Positions 22,660-53,615 of a stretch of 64,000 nt of DNA are shown one piece after another; positions within the stretch are counted from its first letter, which is position 1, and every line of letters starts with the position of its first letter. The notes under the pieces were generated by a model that did no database searches, was not told the origin of the DNA, and saw nothing but the letters and a program-made list of their open reading frames with translations. A program made the position numbers and the translations under genes. The stretch is from Macrostomum lignano (Eukaryota): the NCBI GenBank assembly GCA_002269645.1, contig NIVC01000947.1, forward strand, positions 248,001-312,000. Reading direction: 5' to 3'.

Positions 22660-24790
22660 TGCCCGTCTCACTTGGCCTTCCCCTCTCTCCCCTGTCTCCC
22701 TCTCTCTGTCCTGTCTCCTCTCTCTCCCCTGTCTCCCTCTGTCTCCTGTCTCCCTCTCTCTCCTGTCTCCCTCTCTCTCTCCTGTCTCCCTCTGTCTCCT
22801 GTCTCCCTCTCTCTCCTGTCTCCCTCTCTCTCCTGTCTCCCTCTCTCTCTCCTGTCTCCCTCTGTCTCCTGTCTCCCTCTCTCTCCTGTCTCCCTCTCTC
22901 TCCTGTCTCCCTCTCTCTCTCCTGTCTCCCTCTGTCTCCTGTCTCCCTCTCTCTCCTGTCTCCCTCTCTCTCCTGTCTCCCTCTCTCTCTCCTGTCTCCC
23001 TCTCTCTGTCCTGTCTCCTCTCTCTCCCCTGTCTCCCTCTGTCTCCTGTCTCCCTCTCTCCCCTGTCTCCCTCTCTCTGTCCTGTCTCCTCTCTCTCCCC
23101 TGTCTCCCTCTGTCTCCTGTCTCCCTCTCTCTCCTGTCTCCCTCTCTCTCTCCTGTCTCCCTCTGTCTCCTGTCTCCCTCTCTCTCCTGTCTCCCTCTCT
23201 CTCCTGTCTCCCTCTCTCTCTCCTGTCTCCCTCTGTCTCCTGTCTCCCTCTCTCTCCTGTCTCCCTCTCTCTCCTGTCTCCCTCTCTCTCTCCTGTCTCC
23301 CTCTGTCTCCTGTCTCCCTCTCTCTCCTGTCTCCCTCTCTCTCCTGTCTCCCTCTCTCTCTCCTGTCTCCCTCTCTCTGTCCTGTCTCCTCTCTCTCCCC
23401 TGTCTCCCTCTGTCTCCTGTCTCCCTCTCTCCCCTGTCTCCCTCTCTCTGTCCTGTCTCCTCTCTCTCCCCTGTCTCCCTCTGTCTCCTGTCTCCCTCTC
23501 TCTCCTGTCTCCCTCTCTCTCTCCTGTCTCCCTCTGTCTCCTGTCTCCTTCTCTCTCCTGTCTCCCTCTCTCTCCTGTCTCCCTCTCTCTCTCCTGTCTC
23601 CCTCTCTCTCCTGTCTCCCTCTCTCTCCTGTCTCCCTCTCTCTCCTGTCTCCCTCTCTCTCCTGTCTCCCTCTCTCTGTCCTGTCTCCTCTCTCTCCCCT
23701 GTCTCCCTCTGTCTCCTGTCTCCCTCTCTCTCCTGTCTCCTTCTTTCCCCTGTCTCCCTCTCTCTCCTGTCTCCCTCTCTCTCCTGTCTCCCTCTTTCCC
23801 CTGTCTCCCTCTCTCCCTGTCTCCCTCTGTCTCCTGTCTCCCTCTCTCCCCTGTCTCCCTCTCTCTGTCCTGTCTCCTCTCTCTCCCCTGTCTCCCTCTC
23901 TCTCCTGTCTCCCTCTCTCTCTCCTGTCTCCCTCTGTCTCCTGTCTCCCTCTCTCTCCTGTCTCCCTCTCTCTCCTGTCTCCCTCTCTTTCCTGTCTCCC
24001 TCTCTCCCCTGTCTCCCTCTCTCCCTGTCTCCCTCTGTCTCCTGTCTCCATCTCTCTCCTGTCTCCCTCTTTCCCCTGTCTCCCTCTCTCCCTGTCTCCC
24101 TCTGTCTCCTGTCTCCCTCTCTCCCCTGTCTCTCTCTCTGTCCTGTCTCCTCTCTCTCCCCTGTCTCCCTCTCTCTCCTGTCTCCCTCTCTCCCTGTCTC
24201 CCTTTCTCTCCTGTCTCCCTCTTTCCCCTGTCTCCCTCTCTCTCCTGTCTCCCTCTCTCTCCTGTCTCCCTCTTTCCCCTGTCTCCCTCTCTCCCCTGTC
24301 TCCCTCTCTCTGTCCTGTCTCCTCTCTCTCCCCTGTCTCCCTCTCTCTCCTGTCTCCCTCTCTCTCTCCTGTCTCCCTCTCTCTCCTGTCTCCCTCTCTC
24401 TCCTGTCTCCCTCTTTCCCCTGTCTCCCTCTCTCTCCTGTCTCCCTCTCTCTCCTGTCTCCTCTCTCTCCCCTGTCTCCCTCTGTCTCCTGTCTCCCTCT
24501 CTCTCCTGTCTCCCTCTCTCCCCTGTCTCCCTCTCTCCCTGTCTCCCTCTCTCTCCTGTCTCCCTCTCTCTCCTGTCTCCCTCTCTCTCTCCTGTCTCCC
24601 TCTCTCTCCTGTCTCCCTCTCTCCCTGTCTCCCTCTCCCATGTCTCCCTCTCTCTCTCCTGTCTCCCTCTCTCTCCTGTCTCCCTCTCTCTCCTGTCTCC
24701 CCCTCTCTCCTGTCTCCCTCTATCCTGTCTCCCTCTCTCGTCTTCCTCTCTCACCCTCTTGTCTCCCTCTCCATCTCCTACTGTCTCCCG
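22660..24790. repeat. CT-rich polypyrimidine satellite (CTCCTGTCTCCCTCT(CT)n), ~2.1 kb, between convergent Gsx and KCNH 3' ends
   Basis: Direct inspection; source of the 482-747 aa spurious ORFs. Confidence 0.97.
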
Positions 24791-25231
24791 ATTTTTTTTC
24801 TCCTACTTGTCATGACTTAAGCGGTTTTGGATTTTATTGTCTTTTAGAATAAGGTACCCCATTTTGAAACAAGTATCTGTAACTCCTAATTAAATGACAC
24901 GTGACTACCATTGCACCAATATTTAAACTGACTGCAACTGCCATAAACTCAAGTAACTCAATTTAATCACCAACTATTTGTTTTATTAACAGTCTAATTG
25001 TTTTGAGACAGATTAATGAACATATTTCGAGTGTCTAATATCTTTGAAAACTAATGTTATTATAACAAAAAACGGAGGAAACGGTTATATCATTTATAAT
25101 TAATTAAAACAAATCTTGATGCAGATGAATTGAAATTAATTCTTTTCTGGTCTTTCAGATAAATCTGAGAACAGTTAATGACAACTGATTCAAATCGGTG
25201 CCAACGAGTAAGCAGGGTAAAAATATATTTG

Positions 25232-41511
<16,280 letters not shown>

Positions 41512-42315
41512 CTGGTCTCAGGGCTTGGATAGAGTCGCAGCGGACTGTGTTGCTCTTTGATGAAGCGAGGGGCTGCGGATTTGCTGCTAACAAGATGCAA
41601 GTCAGCAGCATGCAGTGCGGACGCTGTAATTGTTTACGCGAACATTCGGTAACTGGTCGATATTAATTATCCTGCAGACCGTCAGTTGGTACGTGGAGGA
41701 CCCCTAACCCCGGTGTGGCTTTTTAGGTCTGGCAGAATTTATTGTGGACGAAAGGTTTTGCCGGGGGGAGGGGAGGAGTGCGGGTTGGCTGGCTAAAAAT
41801 CCCACAGATCTTTGGGGACTGGAGAGTGGCGAGGATTCTGTCTGGCCAGCCAATGGTCACCCAGAAGGGGAGTCGCCAACTCGTGACGGGAGTAGACAGG
41901 GGCTGTGGGAAGTAGACATAAGTGGAGGAAGTAGACAGGGGGTGGGGGTGGGGGCCATTCGAAGTTGAAGATTGATGACCTCCAGAGTCTCAGAGGGCAG
42001 TGAGTTCGTTCTCTGACTAAAAAAAGTCCTAAGATCGAGTCGGATCTAAGATTCGCAGAATTTGGCAGAATTCCGCAACATTTTGGATTTCCAGCAGAAT
42101 TCCAGATGTATCGTGTTTGAACTGTCAGACTCCCAAGCTCCAGGAGGTTCTGACCCGGCTAGTTCAGCTGTGACTGAACTAATCCTCTCTCTAAGACTTA
42201 CGGATGGGGAAAGTACTTTTTGGAAAAGCTTTTCTTAAGTTGATGAACAGCTGACTTCCCTGGCAACTCGTCTGGCTGAAGATGAGGCCTCTGGGTTCGC
42301 TGTTCCTGCTGGTCC

Positions 42316-42722
<407 letters not shown>

Positions 42723-43223
42723 ATCTTTAGTTAAAACTGTTTATTTCTTTATTTAAATGCAGAACCTCCGCTGCACGTCAGAAAAGCAGTTTCAAGCACC
42801 ACTGGAGTCCGCTCAGAAGGACGGCAAGTTCACAAAGCCAGACTTAGCAAACAGCCAGCCGGAGGTCATAAAAGTTTTTCCCCTTTTGCCGCCATATTCT
42901 ATGAAACAATTGCCAAAGCTCATGGCTTAGCATACGCGCTTCTGAGCAAGCAGAAAAAAGCTTAATACACGTATATTAGACATGCGCCAACTGCAAGAGC
43001 AGCTCAATAAACATATCTGCCTGTCCACATGCATAAACTACGGAGCACCGTTTTTGGAGTTGAAAATATGAAACATTAATCTGAATTTGCGGACTCCATG
43101 AGCAACTATACACGATCCTTCTTCTCCTCTCCGACTCTGCGCCATGCATGCTACTAGAACTGCCTTGCAATCTGCCTCATGCTCTGTGCCTTCACTCTCT
43201 GTCTCTACTCTCGCCCTCTCCAT

Positions 43224-44146
<923 letters not shown>

Positions 44147-45294
44147 TATAGGGTCTACTGGGATAACAGCCAGGACTCATACTGATTCAGATACGAAAAG
44201 TACTACCCTGGCCAGAAGGACAAATCAAAATACAGCGTGAACTCCAAGAAATTCTTCCAGTTCGTCAAACCGTCCGGTTTCAGTTTGTAGCAGAAAATGG
44301 ACAAATATTTGCTAGCTGTCCATTTTTGCCCACGCAATGGCCGTGCACGCACACACGGCTCTTTTTATTTGCGAAAAGATCCAAATGCCAATAGACGGCT
44401 TAAGTGCCAATATAGGGGTTAAGCATTAACTGATGGTCAGATGGTGAGCGATATTTATCTCGAGTGGATTGAAAGGGTTTTTTAGCCCGAACCAGGACGT
44501 TTTATCTGCCACAAAAATTGGCTATAGCTTTTGTTGCATTTTTACATTTGGGAATATCCTTTTTATACTACTAAGTAGCCAGAATTGATCGCGAATTGGC
44601 AGTGAAGTGTAGTAGTATCACACCCGCTAATAAATTGTTCTATGGAAAAGAAAGTCCAAGGACTTTCGGCCATAGAAATTTTTTAGTGGGCGTGATAAAA
44701 TTTCATCTCCACTTGTAAGACGAGCGGGCGTGGGGCAGAACCGTAGACTAATAGACTAAATGATTAGACTAAAGTCAAATGAAATCCTGTATATTTTATG
44801 GATCGAACTGCTTATTTTACACAAATTGAGACAGAAAGAGACAGAGCGATGGATCGATGCTTTATTCGCATCGACCATTAACTACATCTACGACTGCTTT
44901 TGCATCGACCACCTTTGCGTCTACGACTATTGCCGATCTATCGGCAGCTGACTCTGACTACACTGTTCCAGCAGCATCGTCTAATCGTTTTACCGTCTTG
45001 TCATCTGACGACATCGGATGTCTGTCTTGGATGTTTCCAGTCTCTGCACCTGCCGAGCCGCCGGTTCCTCAACGCTCCTGTGGAGACGCTGGCCAATAAA
45101 ACTGCTCCTCCAACAAAATCAATGAAGCTTTTCGCCAATGGGCAGGATGGAAGCGTCATTTCACCCAGCTGTAAAGTGTGACCATCACTTGGGATGGGAG
45201 TGGGTTGTAAAAGAACTATTATTGACCAAATAGTGACTGCTCACGAAATGTAATTTTGGCGTGAACTGTATCTGTTGTGTTTTTTTTGGGCAAA

Positions 45295-45405
45295 TCTCGG
45301 CGGGCAATTCTCGGCGGGCAAATCTCCACGGGCAATTCGCTCACGGGCAAAATGCACTGCGGGCAAATCTCCGCGGGAAATTTGTCTGCGGGCAATTCTC
45401 ATGGC
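45295..45405. repeat. Short degenerate ~13-bp repeat (CGGGCAA(A/T)TCTC)
   Basis: About 7 imperfect copies. Confidence 0.6.
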
Positions 45406-45851
45406 AGTTTAAGTCATTTTAAGTCACTCGAACGCACCCCTAGTTTTCGGGCCTGAGAACTGAATGCACATGAAAAACTACCATAGACGAAGATTCCATG
45501 GGAAAAGAAGAGCCTGATTAACCTGATGAATTTTCGAGATTAAAATCGAGAATTAGAAAATTACGATCTAGTGCCGGAAAATTTTCTTCATTTTTGCAGC
45601 AGATAAACGAAATTGAGCTAATGTTAAAGATTGAATTTAGAGAAGAGCAAATTAAGACAGGAATGTGAAATGTGAATATTCATTGTTTAAATGGCATTTA
45701 TATATAGATGATATGATATCTTTTCTAATTATAGAGCAGAAAGAAAATCAGAATCGGAAATTGAAAACTGAGAAGAGCCGAATCGTCAAATGGAATAGAA
45801 TAATAAGAGCTAACGAAACACGCAATTAATTCTAACGAGTATTATACTCGT

Positions 45852-46755
45852 ACAAGCTGTTGAAACCCGCGGATTTTGAACCCGGGGAATTCCAATCCCC
45901 GGAACTACTTTTGCATGTATTCTGAAATCTAAGGCCATACACAAACAAAAACTTGTTAATAGTTAGTAGGATAGAGGTAGACATAAAATGGAGCACATTC
46001 GTGTAAAATTAGGGTTTGAGACATTGTTGGCTGGGGTACTGCGCAGAATGTCAGGCAATGTCTGTCTGACTCTAAAACATATATTGCTAAACTCTGGTCT
46101 CTCCCTGACTCTCCCTACGTCCCTTGGATCCTTTAAAATTTCTATCGTCTCTTTGTTTCCTCTCATCTCTCTCGTCCCTCGTCTCTCCTCTCTCCTCTCT
46201 CCCCTCTTCTCTCGTATCTTTCCTCATCTCTCTTCTCTTTCATCTCTCTTATCTCATCTCTTGTCTCTTCTTTTCTCTCTCCTCTCCTCTCTCCTCTCTA
46301 CTTTTTTGCTTTCTCTCTCCTCTCCTCTCTCCTCTCTCCCCCTCTCCTTTCTCCTCTCACCCCCTCTTCTCTCTTCTCTTCCTTCTCCTTTCTATTCTTT
46401 TCTCTCTTCTCTTAACTCTCTCCTCTACTCTCTCATCTCTCCCCCTTCTCTCGTCTCTTCCCTCACCTCTTTTCTCTCGTCTTTGCTCTCTCATCTTTCC
46501 TTTCTCTTCTTTTATCTTTTCTCTCTTCTCTTAACTCTCTCCTCTACTCTCTCATCTCTCCTCTCTTCTCTCGTCTCTTCCCTCACCTCTTTCCTCTCTC
46601 TCTTTCCTCTCATCTCTTTTCTTGTTTTATCTCTTCTCTCTTCCCTCGTCGCTCGTCTCTTCCCTCACCTCTCTTCTCTCTCGTCCGCTCTTTCATCTCT
46701 CCTTTCTCTTCTTTTATCTTTTATCTCTTATCTCTTCTCGTTTCTCTCTGCTCTG

Positions 46756-46844
<89 letters not shown>

Positions 46845-48841
46845 CCCATCTCTCTTCTCCTCTCTACTCTCTCCCCTCGTCATTCTCCTACTTCCTCTTC
46901 TCTCTCCCTGTCTCTCCTCTCTCCTCTAGTCTCTGTAATCTCTTCTCTCTTATCTCTCCTCTGTTCTCTCTACTCTCCCATCTCTCGTCTATTCATCTGC
47001 TCTCTCCTCTGTCATCTTTACTCTCTTATACGTTCTCTCACTTATCTCCTCTGTACTCTTCTCTTTCACCTCTTCTGACTCCTCTCTTTCCTTACTCCTC
47101 TCTTCTTTTCTCTTCCCTCTTCTATACTCTCTCTCCTCTATTATCTTCTCTCGTCTCTCTGCACTCTCCTCTCACCTTTTTCATCTCTCATCTCTTCTCT
47201 CATCTGTCTCATCTCTACAATCTCATATCTTTCCTCTCTCCTTCTCTTCCCTTTACTCTCTCATCTCTCCTTTCTCATCTCTCCTTTCTTCCCTCTTCTT
47301 TCACCACTCTCTTATCTCTATCTCTTCTCTTCTCACTCCTCTCTCCCCCTCTTATCTCCTCTCTTCTCTATCCTTTCTACTCTCTCCTCTCTAATCTCTC
47401 CTCTCCTCTTGACCCTCTGTCATCTTCTTTCTGCTCTCTCATCTCTACTCTCTTCTAAATCTTCTCTACTCTCCTCTCTCATCGATCCTCTGTCTCATCT
47501 CTCCCCTCTTCTCACCTTTACTCTTTCTTCTCCTTCCTTTCTCCCCTCCTCTCGCTTCTTCCTCCCTTCTTCTCTGCTCTCTCCTCACCACTTTTCCTTT
47601 TCACTCTCATCTGGCCCGCAGCCATGAGCTGGATTCTTCATCTGGCCTTTGAGATAAAAATCTGCCAATCCCTGCTTCGAAAGTACTATCATGGGACGTA
47701 GTACTATCATGGTTGTTATCATTTCTCATGCTTTAATCACGTCATCTTTCTGGCCAATTAGCAGCCCTGAGAGGAATTTGTGTATCTCCATTCTCCAGCT
47801 CCACCACCACAGTCTGTAGCAGTCTAACAACCAAGGAAATGCGTATTTCTTAGGAGGCCATTTAAATTTTAAAGTTAACCTTATGCGAATCTTAATGTTA
47901 AAATTTTCATGGTGTAACTAATTTAGTAGGATTGCATTGTAATCAGTTATTCATTAATTTTTCGCTATTTTTATAAACCATCCCACATCGCCTTGATTTG
48001 CCATCCTTGTTTAACTGCTGCGACTTGTCTATACAGAGGACAGTGGTTTGAATCTCTCGCTAAACTGTCTCTCCTCTCCACGCCTCTCTAATCGCAGTCG
48101 CGGGTACAGAGAAGGCTATTAAAAAGTTATTCCAAACACTGTACACTCGCTATGTACATTGAGCCCTATCGCCTGACCCTTCGTCTGGCTCTGGGGGAAT
48201 GAGTGAGTGAGTGGCACAAACAACAGAAAAAGCAGACAAACTTCACATGCTTACAGTTTCTGTTCTGATTGAGTTAGAGAGTTGAAACTTTACATTTAGA
48301 CAGAGAATGAATCAAAGAAGAATTGTGTTAAGTTAGAAGTCAATCGCTTCACGTAGAGCAAACTTATGGCAACTGAAAGTTAGTCAATTTTGAAACCCTT
48401 TTACACATCTGGGCCCAGATCGGGAAAGAGAGGCAGGCGGGCGGAGGTTGGGGTGGCTGCCTCGCTGAAAAAAACAGCCTAACTTTAAAAGTGCACAGCG
48501 GCTTTCAGGATTAACTTTGAGATTTGAAATTTTACACGATTGTGTCAAAATAGTTGAAAATTGCCTGTGTCAAATTTGAAGAGAATCGGTAGAAGTGGAG
48601 CGGCGCTATGGAGGATTTAGTGAAAAAATCGCGCATTTTGAGCAGTTTTTTGTACTTTTAGGTAGGAAGACTTGAGTCTAGGAAATTAAAAGGTAGCCTA
48701 AGACATTCTCCGTAGTAAGTTTAGGGTGGGTGTAAAGTTTGGTGTAATTTGGTTGAGCGGTTTGGGAGTCCATAGCGATCAAAATTGTCCACACACAGAC
48801 AGACACACACACACACAGAGTTTTGATTTTTATATGTAGAG
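45852..48841 (+). mobile_element. Non-autonomous Helitron/Helentron-associated (HINE/Lep1-like) element, copy 1, ~3.0 kb with CT-rich core
   Basis: 5' ACAAGCTGTTGAAACCCGCGG plus hairpin CCGGGGA..TCCCCGG; 3' AAAAGGTAGCCTAAG...TTGGTTGAGCGGTTT...ACAGACAGACACAC...TTTTATATGTAGAG, recalling Lep1/DINE-1-type ends (recalled similarity, not searched). Repeated immediately downstream. Confidence 0.6.
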
Positions 48842-51336
48842 ACAAGCTGTTGAAACCCGCGGATTTTGAACCCGGGGAATTCCAATACCCGGAACTACTT
48901 TTGCATGTATTCTGAAATCTAAGGCCATACACAAACAAAAACTTGTTAATAGTTAGTAGGATAGAAGAGGTAGACATAAAATGGAGCACATTCGTGTAAA
49001 ATTAGGGTTTGAGACATTGTTGGCTGGGGTACTGCGCAGAATGTCAGGCAATGTCTGTCTGACTCTAAAACATATATTGCTAAACTCTGCATGGTCTCTC
49101 CCTGACTCTCCCTACGTCCCTTGGATCCTTTAAAATTTCTATCGTCTCTTTGTTTCCTCTCATCTCTCTCGTCCCTCGTCTCTCCTCTCTCCTCTCTCCT
49201 CTCGTATCTTCCCTTATCTCTCTTCTCTTTCATCTCTCTTATCTCATCTCTTGTCTCTTCGTTTCTCTCTCCTCTCCTTTCTCCTCTCTCCCCCTCTCCT
49301 CTCTCATCTCTCCCCTCTTCTCTCGTCTCTTCCCTCACCTCTTTTCTCTCTCGTCTTTGCTCTCTCATCATTCCTTTCTCTTTTTTTATCTTTTATCTCT
49401 TATCTCTTCTCATTTCTCTCTGCTCTCTCTCTCTCTCTCTCTCTTCTCTGTCTTTCTCTCTTATCTCTCCTTCTCTCTCTCCTCACTCACTTCTCTACCT
49501 TTGTCTCTCCTCTCTCCTCTCGTCTCTGTAACCTCTCCTCTGTTCTCTCTACTCTCCCATCTTTTATCTGTTCACTCTTGTCTCTGCTCTCTCATCCCCC
49601 TCTTTAATCTGGCATCTCTGTCTTATATGTTCTCTCACCTCTCTCCTCTGTACTCTTTTCTTTCCCCTCTTTTGACTCCTCACTTTCCTTTCTCCTTTCT
49701 CCTTTCTTCTTTTCTCTTCTCTTCCCTTTTCTATACTCTGTCTCCCTCTCTTCTCTCACTCCACTCTCCTCTCTCCGTTATCTCTTATCTCTCCTTCCAC
49801 CTCTCTCATCTCTAGAACCTTAGAGATGTAGAGATGTATCTTTATCTCTTCTCTCTTCCCTTTACTCTCTCATCTCTTCTTTCACCTGTTTCCTCTCTGC
49901 TCTCCTCTCTGCTGTCTCCTCTCTCCTCTCATCTGCAGCTCTCTGCTCTCTCATCTCTACTCTCTCCTCTCGCTTTTCCTCTCTTCCCTCTTCTCCCCTC
50001 TCTCTCATCGTCCTCACCCCCTCATCTCTCCTATTATATTTTATCTTTTCTTTTATCCCCTCTGTCGCCTCTCCTCTCTTCGAATCGTCTATTCCTTCTT
50101 CTTTCCACTTTCATCTGCCCCTCAGCTATGAGCTGGATTCTTTATCTGGCCTTTGAGGTAAAAGTCTGCCCATCCCTGCTTGGAAAGCCAGTTTGTGGGA
50201 CGTAGTACTCTCATGGTTGTTCTCATGCTTTGATCACGTCATCTTTCTTGCCAATTTGCAGCCCTGAAAGGAATTTGTGTATCTTCAGCTCCACTGCAGT
50301 CTGCATCAGTCTAAAAACCAAGGAAATACGCATTTCTTAGGAGGCCATTTAAAATTTTCACATTACCTTTAAAAGAAACCTAAAATTTCCATGGTGTGCC
50401 TAATTTAGTAGGGTTGTATTGCATTGCATCGCATCGCCTTTTCATAAATCTTTAGCTTTTACAAACCATGCTGGATTCCCTCGATTTGCCAATTGCCATC
50501 CAGTGTTAAACTGCTGCAGAGTTTGCCAATACAGAGGGGAGGGCAGTGGTTAGAATTTCTCACTAAACTGTTATGGCTAAACGTAGCCTCTCCACTCTCG
50601 GGGTGCAGAGAAGGCTATAAATAAAGTTATTCCAAAACACTGTACATTTGCTATGTACATTCAGTCCTATCGCCTGACCCTTCGTCTGGCTCTGGGGGAA
50701 TGAGTGAGTGAGTGGCACAAACAACAGAAAAAGCAGACAAACTTCACATGCTTACAGTTTCCGTCCTGATTGAGTTACAGAGTTGAAACTTTACATTTAG
50801 ATAGAGAATGGGTCAATGAAGAATTGTGTCAAGTTTGAAGTCAATCGCTTTACGTGGAGCAAACTTATGGCAGCTGAAAGTTAGTCAATTTTGAAACCCT
50901 TTTACACATCTGGGCCCAGATCGGTATCGGGAAAGAGAGGCAGGCGGGCGGAGGTTGGGGTGGTTGCTACGCTGAAAAAAACAGCCTAACTTTAAAAGTG
51001 CACAGCACCGCTCAGGATTAACTTTGAGACTCGAAATTTTACATGATTGTGCCAAAATAGTTTAAGATTATCTGTGTTAAATTTGAAGAGGATCGGTAGA
51101 AGTGGAGCGGCCCTATGGAGGATTTAGTGAAAAAATCGCGCATTTTGAGCAGTTTTTTGTACTTTTAGGTAGGAAGACTTGAGTCTAGGAAATTAAAATG
51201 TAGCCTAAGACATTCTCCGTAGTAAGTTTAGGGTGGGTGTAAAGTTTGGTGTCATTTGGTTGAGCGGTTTGGGAGTCCATAGCGATCAAAAATGTCCACA
51301 CACAGACAGACAGAGTTTTGATTTTTATAGGTAGAG
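48842..51336 (+). mobile_element. Same element, copy 2, ~2.5 kb, head-to-tail with copy 1
   Basis: Junction GTAGAG|ACAAGCTG at 48841/48842; same 5' and 3' blocks, shorter and diverged CT-rich interior. Confidence 0.65.
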
Positions 51337-51883
51337 ATATGATTTATCTGCGAAGTCAAACAACATTTCCAAATTTGAATCGGCCCTCAGCTAAGCCTGC
51401 AGAGCTACGGGACCACGCCCAATAAACAAAAAAGAGTCACTGTAAAATTTGGCCCCCGATAGTAAAAGCTCTCCTGGCGCGCGGCTGGGGTGGGCCGGCG
51501 CGTGGCGGGGACTGGGTGTACATTTCTAACCTGACCAAATGTACATTAGCCCCGAGGGGCGGGGCCGGGTTATCTTATTGGGTAAGGGACGGAGGAGAGA
51601 AAGAAAAGACAGAATTGAGATCGCCGCAAGCCTCCTGAACCAGAAAGCACACAGAAGCGCCTATAGAATCAAACAAAACACTAGAATTCTTGCTACCCAA
51701 CAACCCCCAAAGCCTTGACCAGACTAAATATAGCAAGTACATGCACTGAGTGCGCGCAGAATTAGGATATTTGAGGCGCTCACAAGGTATAATCTAGATT
51801 GCTTTTCACTCAACTAAACTATTTGCTGACTTGCTCTTCAGTGGACAAGTTTATACTTTTGTTACACTGAAATTTAAGCAAAA

Positions 51884-53615
51884 ATGCCGAAGTGCCCAAA
51901 ATGCAACAAGGAGGTGTACTTTGGTGAGAATGAGAATTAAGAATGGAAATTATACTAAATTGTACCGTTTATTTGTTAATACTTTTTATTAAGACCTGTT
52001 CGCCATCTTTCCTGCAGCTGAAAAGGTGACCTCCCTAGGCAAAGACTGGCACAGGCCGTGTCTGCGCTGCGAAAAGTGCAACAAGACTCTGTCTGCCGGG
52101 TCTCACTCAGAGGTACTGTACCGTTGCTGAAAGTTATTACTATGTCTTGCCGTTGCGTTGCCTTGTGTCTTCAATTTCCTAATTAATAAATTATGAGGGC
52201 CTGTCAGAGACAGAGAATCTAGAGAGACACGAATTGTAAGTCGCCACAACGTCTCACTCTTATTTTGATTTGCAGCACGATGGTAAACCGTATTGCAACA
52301 GGCCTTGCTATGCTGCTCTCTTTGGTCCGGGAGGTACGCCGATCTATTCATCTGTGACTTTGAGCTCAGTGTTAACCAGATAGTAATGAAGGATATTCCT
52401 CAGGAACCTGAACAAGAAAGTCAATTAAAACTCTGCAAGAGTGTCCTTAAACCCTGCAAGAAGAGTGACCTGAAACCCAGCCAGAAGAGTGACCTGAAAC
52501 CCAGCCAGAAGAGTGACCTGAAACCCTGCAATTAGAAGACTGAAGAGTGACCTGAAACCCTGCAAGAAGAGTGACCTGAAACCCAGCCAGAAGAGTGACC
52601 TGAAACCCTGCAATTAGAAGACTGAAGAGTGACCTGAAACCCTGCAAGAAGAGTGACCTGAAACCCTGCCAGAAGAGTGACCTCAAACCCTGAAAGAGTG
52701 ACCTGAAACCCTGCCAGAAAAGTGACCTCAACCCCTGAAAGAGTGACCTGAAACCCGGCCAGAAGAGTGACCTCAAACCCTGAAAGAGTGACCTGAAACC
52801 CTGCCAGAAGAGTGACCTGAAACCCTGAAAGAGTGACCTGAAACCCTGCAAGAAGAGTGACCCGAAACCCTGCAAGAAGAGTGACCCGAAACCCTGCAAG
52901 AAGAGTGACCCGAAACCCTGCAAGAACAGTGACCCGAAACCCTGCAAGAAGAGTGACCCGAAACCCTGCAAGAAGAGTGACCCGAAACCCTATAAGAAGA
53001 GTGACCCGAAACCCTGCAAGAAGAGTGACCCGAAACCCTATAAGAAGAGTGAACTGAAACCCTGCAACAAAAGTGACCTGAGACCCTGCCAGAAGAGTGA
53101 CCTGAAACCCTGCCGGAAGAGTGACCTGAAACCCTGCCAGAAGAGTGACCTCAAACCCTGCAAGAAGAGTGACCCGAAACCCTGCAAGAAGAGTGACCCG
53201 AAACCCTGCAAGAAGAGTGACCCGAAACCCTGCAAGAAGAGTGACCCGAAACCCTGCAAGAAGAGTGACCCGAAACCCTGCAAGAAGAGTGACCCGAAAC
53301 CCTATAAGAAGAGTGACCCGAAACCCTGCAAGAAGAGTGACCCGAAACCCTATAAGAAGAGTGAACTGAAACCCTGCAACAAAAGTGACCTGAGACCCTG
53401 CCAGAAGAGTGACCTGAAACCCTGCCGGAAGAGTGACCTGAAACCCTGCCAGAAGAGTGACCTCAAACCCTGCAAGAAGAGTGACCTGAAACTCTACAAT
53501 AAGTTTAACTGTCTGAATTTCAAGCCAATGCAATGCAAACATACCTGTGCTATTCAATGTAAACCTTGTCCCTCCAGGTTACGGTCATGGAGGTACAGAG
53601 AGCCACAAGTACTGA
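51884..53615 (+). CDS. CRIP1: Cysteine-rich intestinal protein (single LIM domain); join(51884..51923,52018..52112,52276..52333,53578..53615), 76 aa
   Basis: [76 protein letters not shown]; all GT-AG introns are phase-consistent (231 nt total); very close to vertebrate CRIP1. Confidence 0.96.
52450..53490. repeat. ~21-bp minisatellite (AAGAGTGACC(T/C)GAAACCCTGC) in CRIP intron 3
   Basis: Direct inspection. Confidence 0.95.

Noticed and set aside
22511-24852. Very long ORFs (482-747 aa) on both strands, and similar long ORFs at 4559-5405, 14281-16376, 16719-17855, 19458-21102, 26762-28180, 29885-32339, 38004-40378, 42282-44185, 45988-50205, 52447-53557
   Set aside because: They are translations of stop-free tandem repeats (low complexity, open in several frames at once); most lie inside GT-AG introns of the genes modelled above.
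44857-45181. Ser/Thr-rich ORFs with an SNRFTVL motif (possible retroelement ORF1 remnant)
   Set aside because: Short, no RT or endonuclease nearby, and no splice or start context; insufficient evidence.
52293-52535. ORF overlapping CRIP exon 3 and intron 3
   Set aside because: It is in a different frame from CRIP and runs into the intronic 21-bp repeat.
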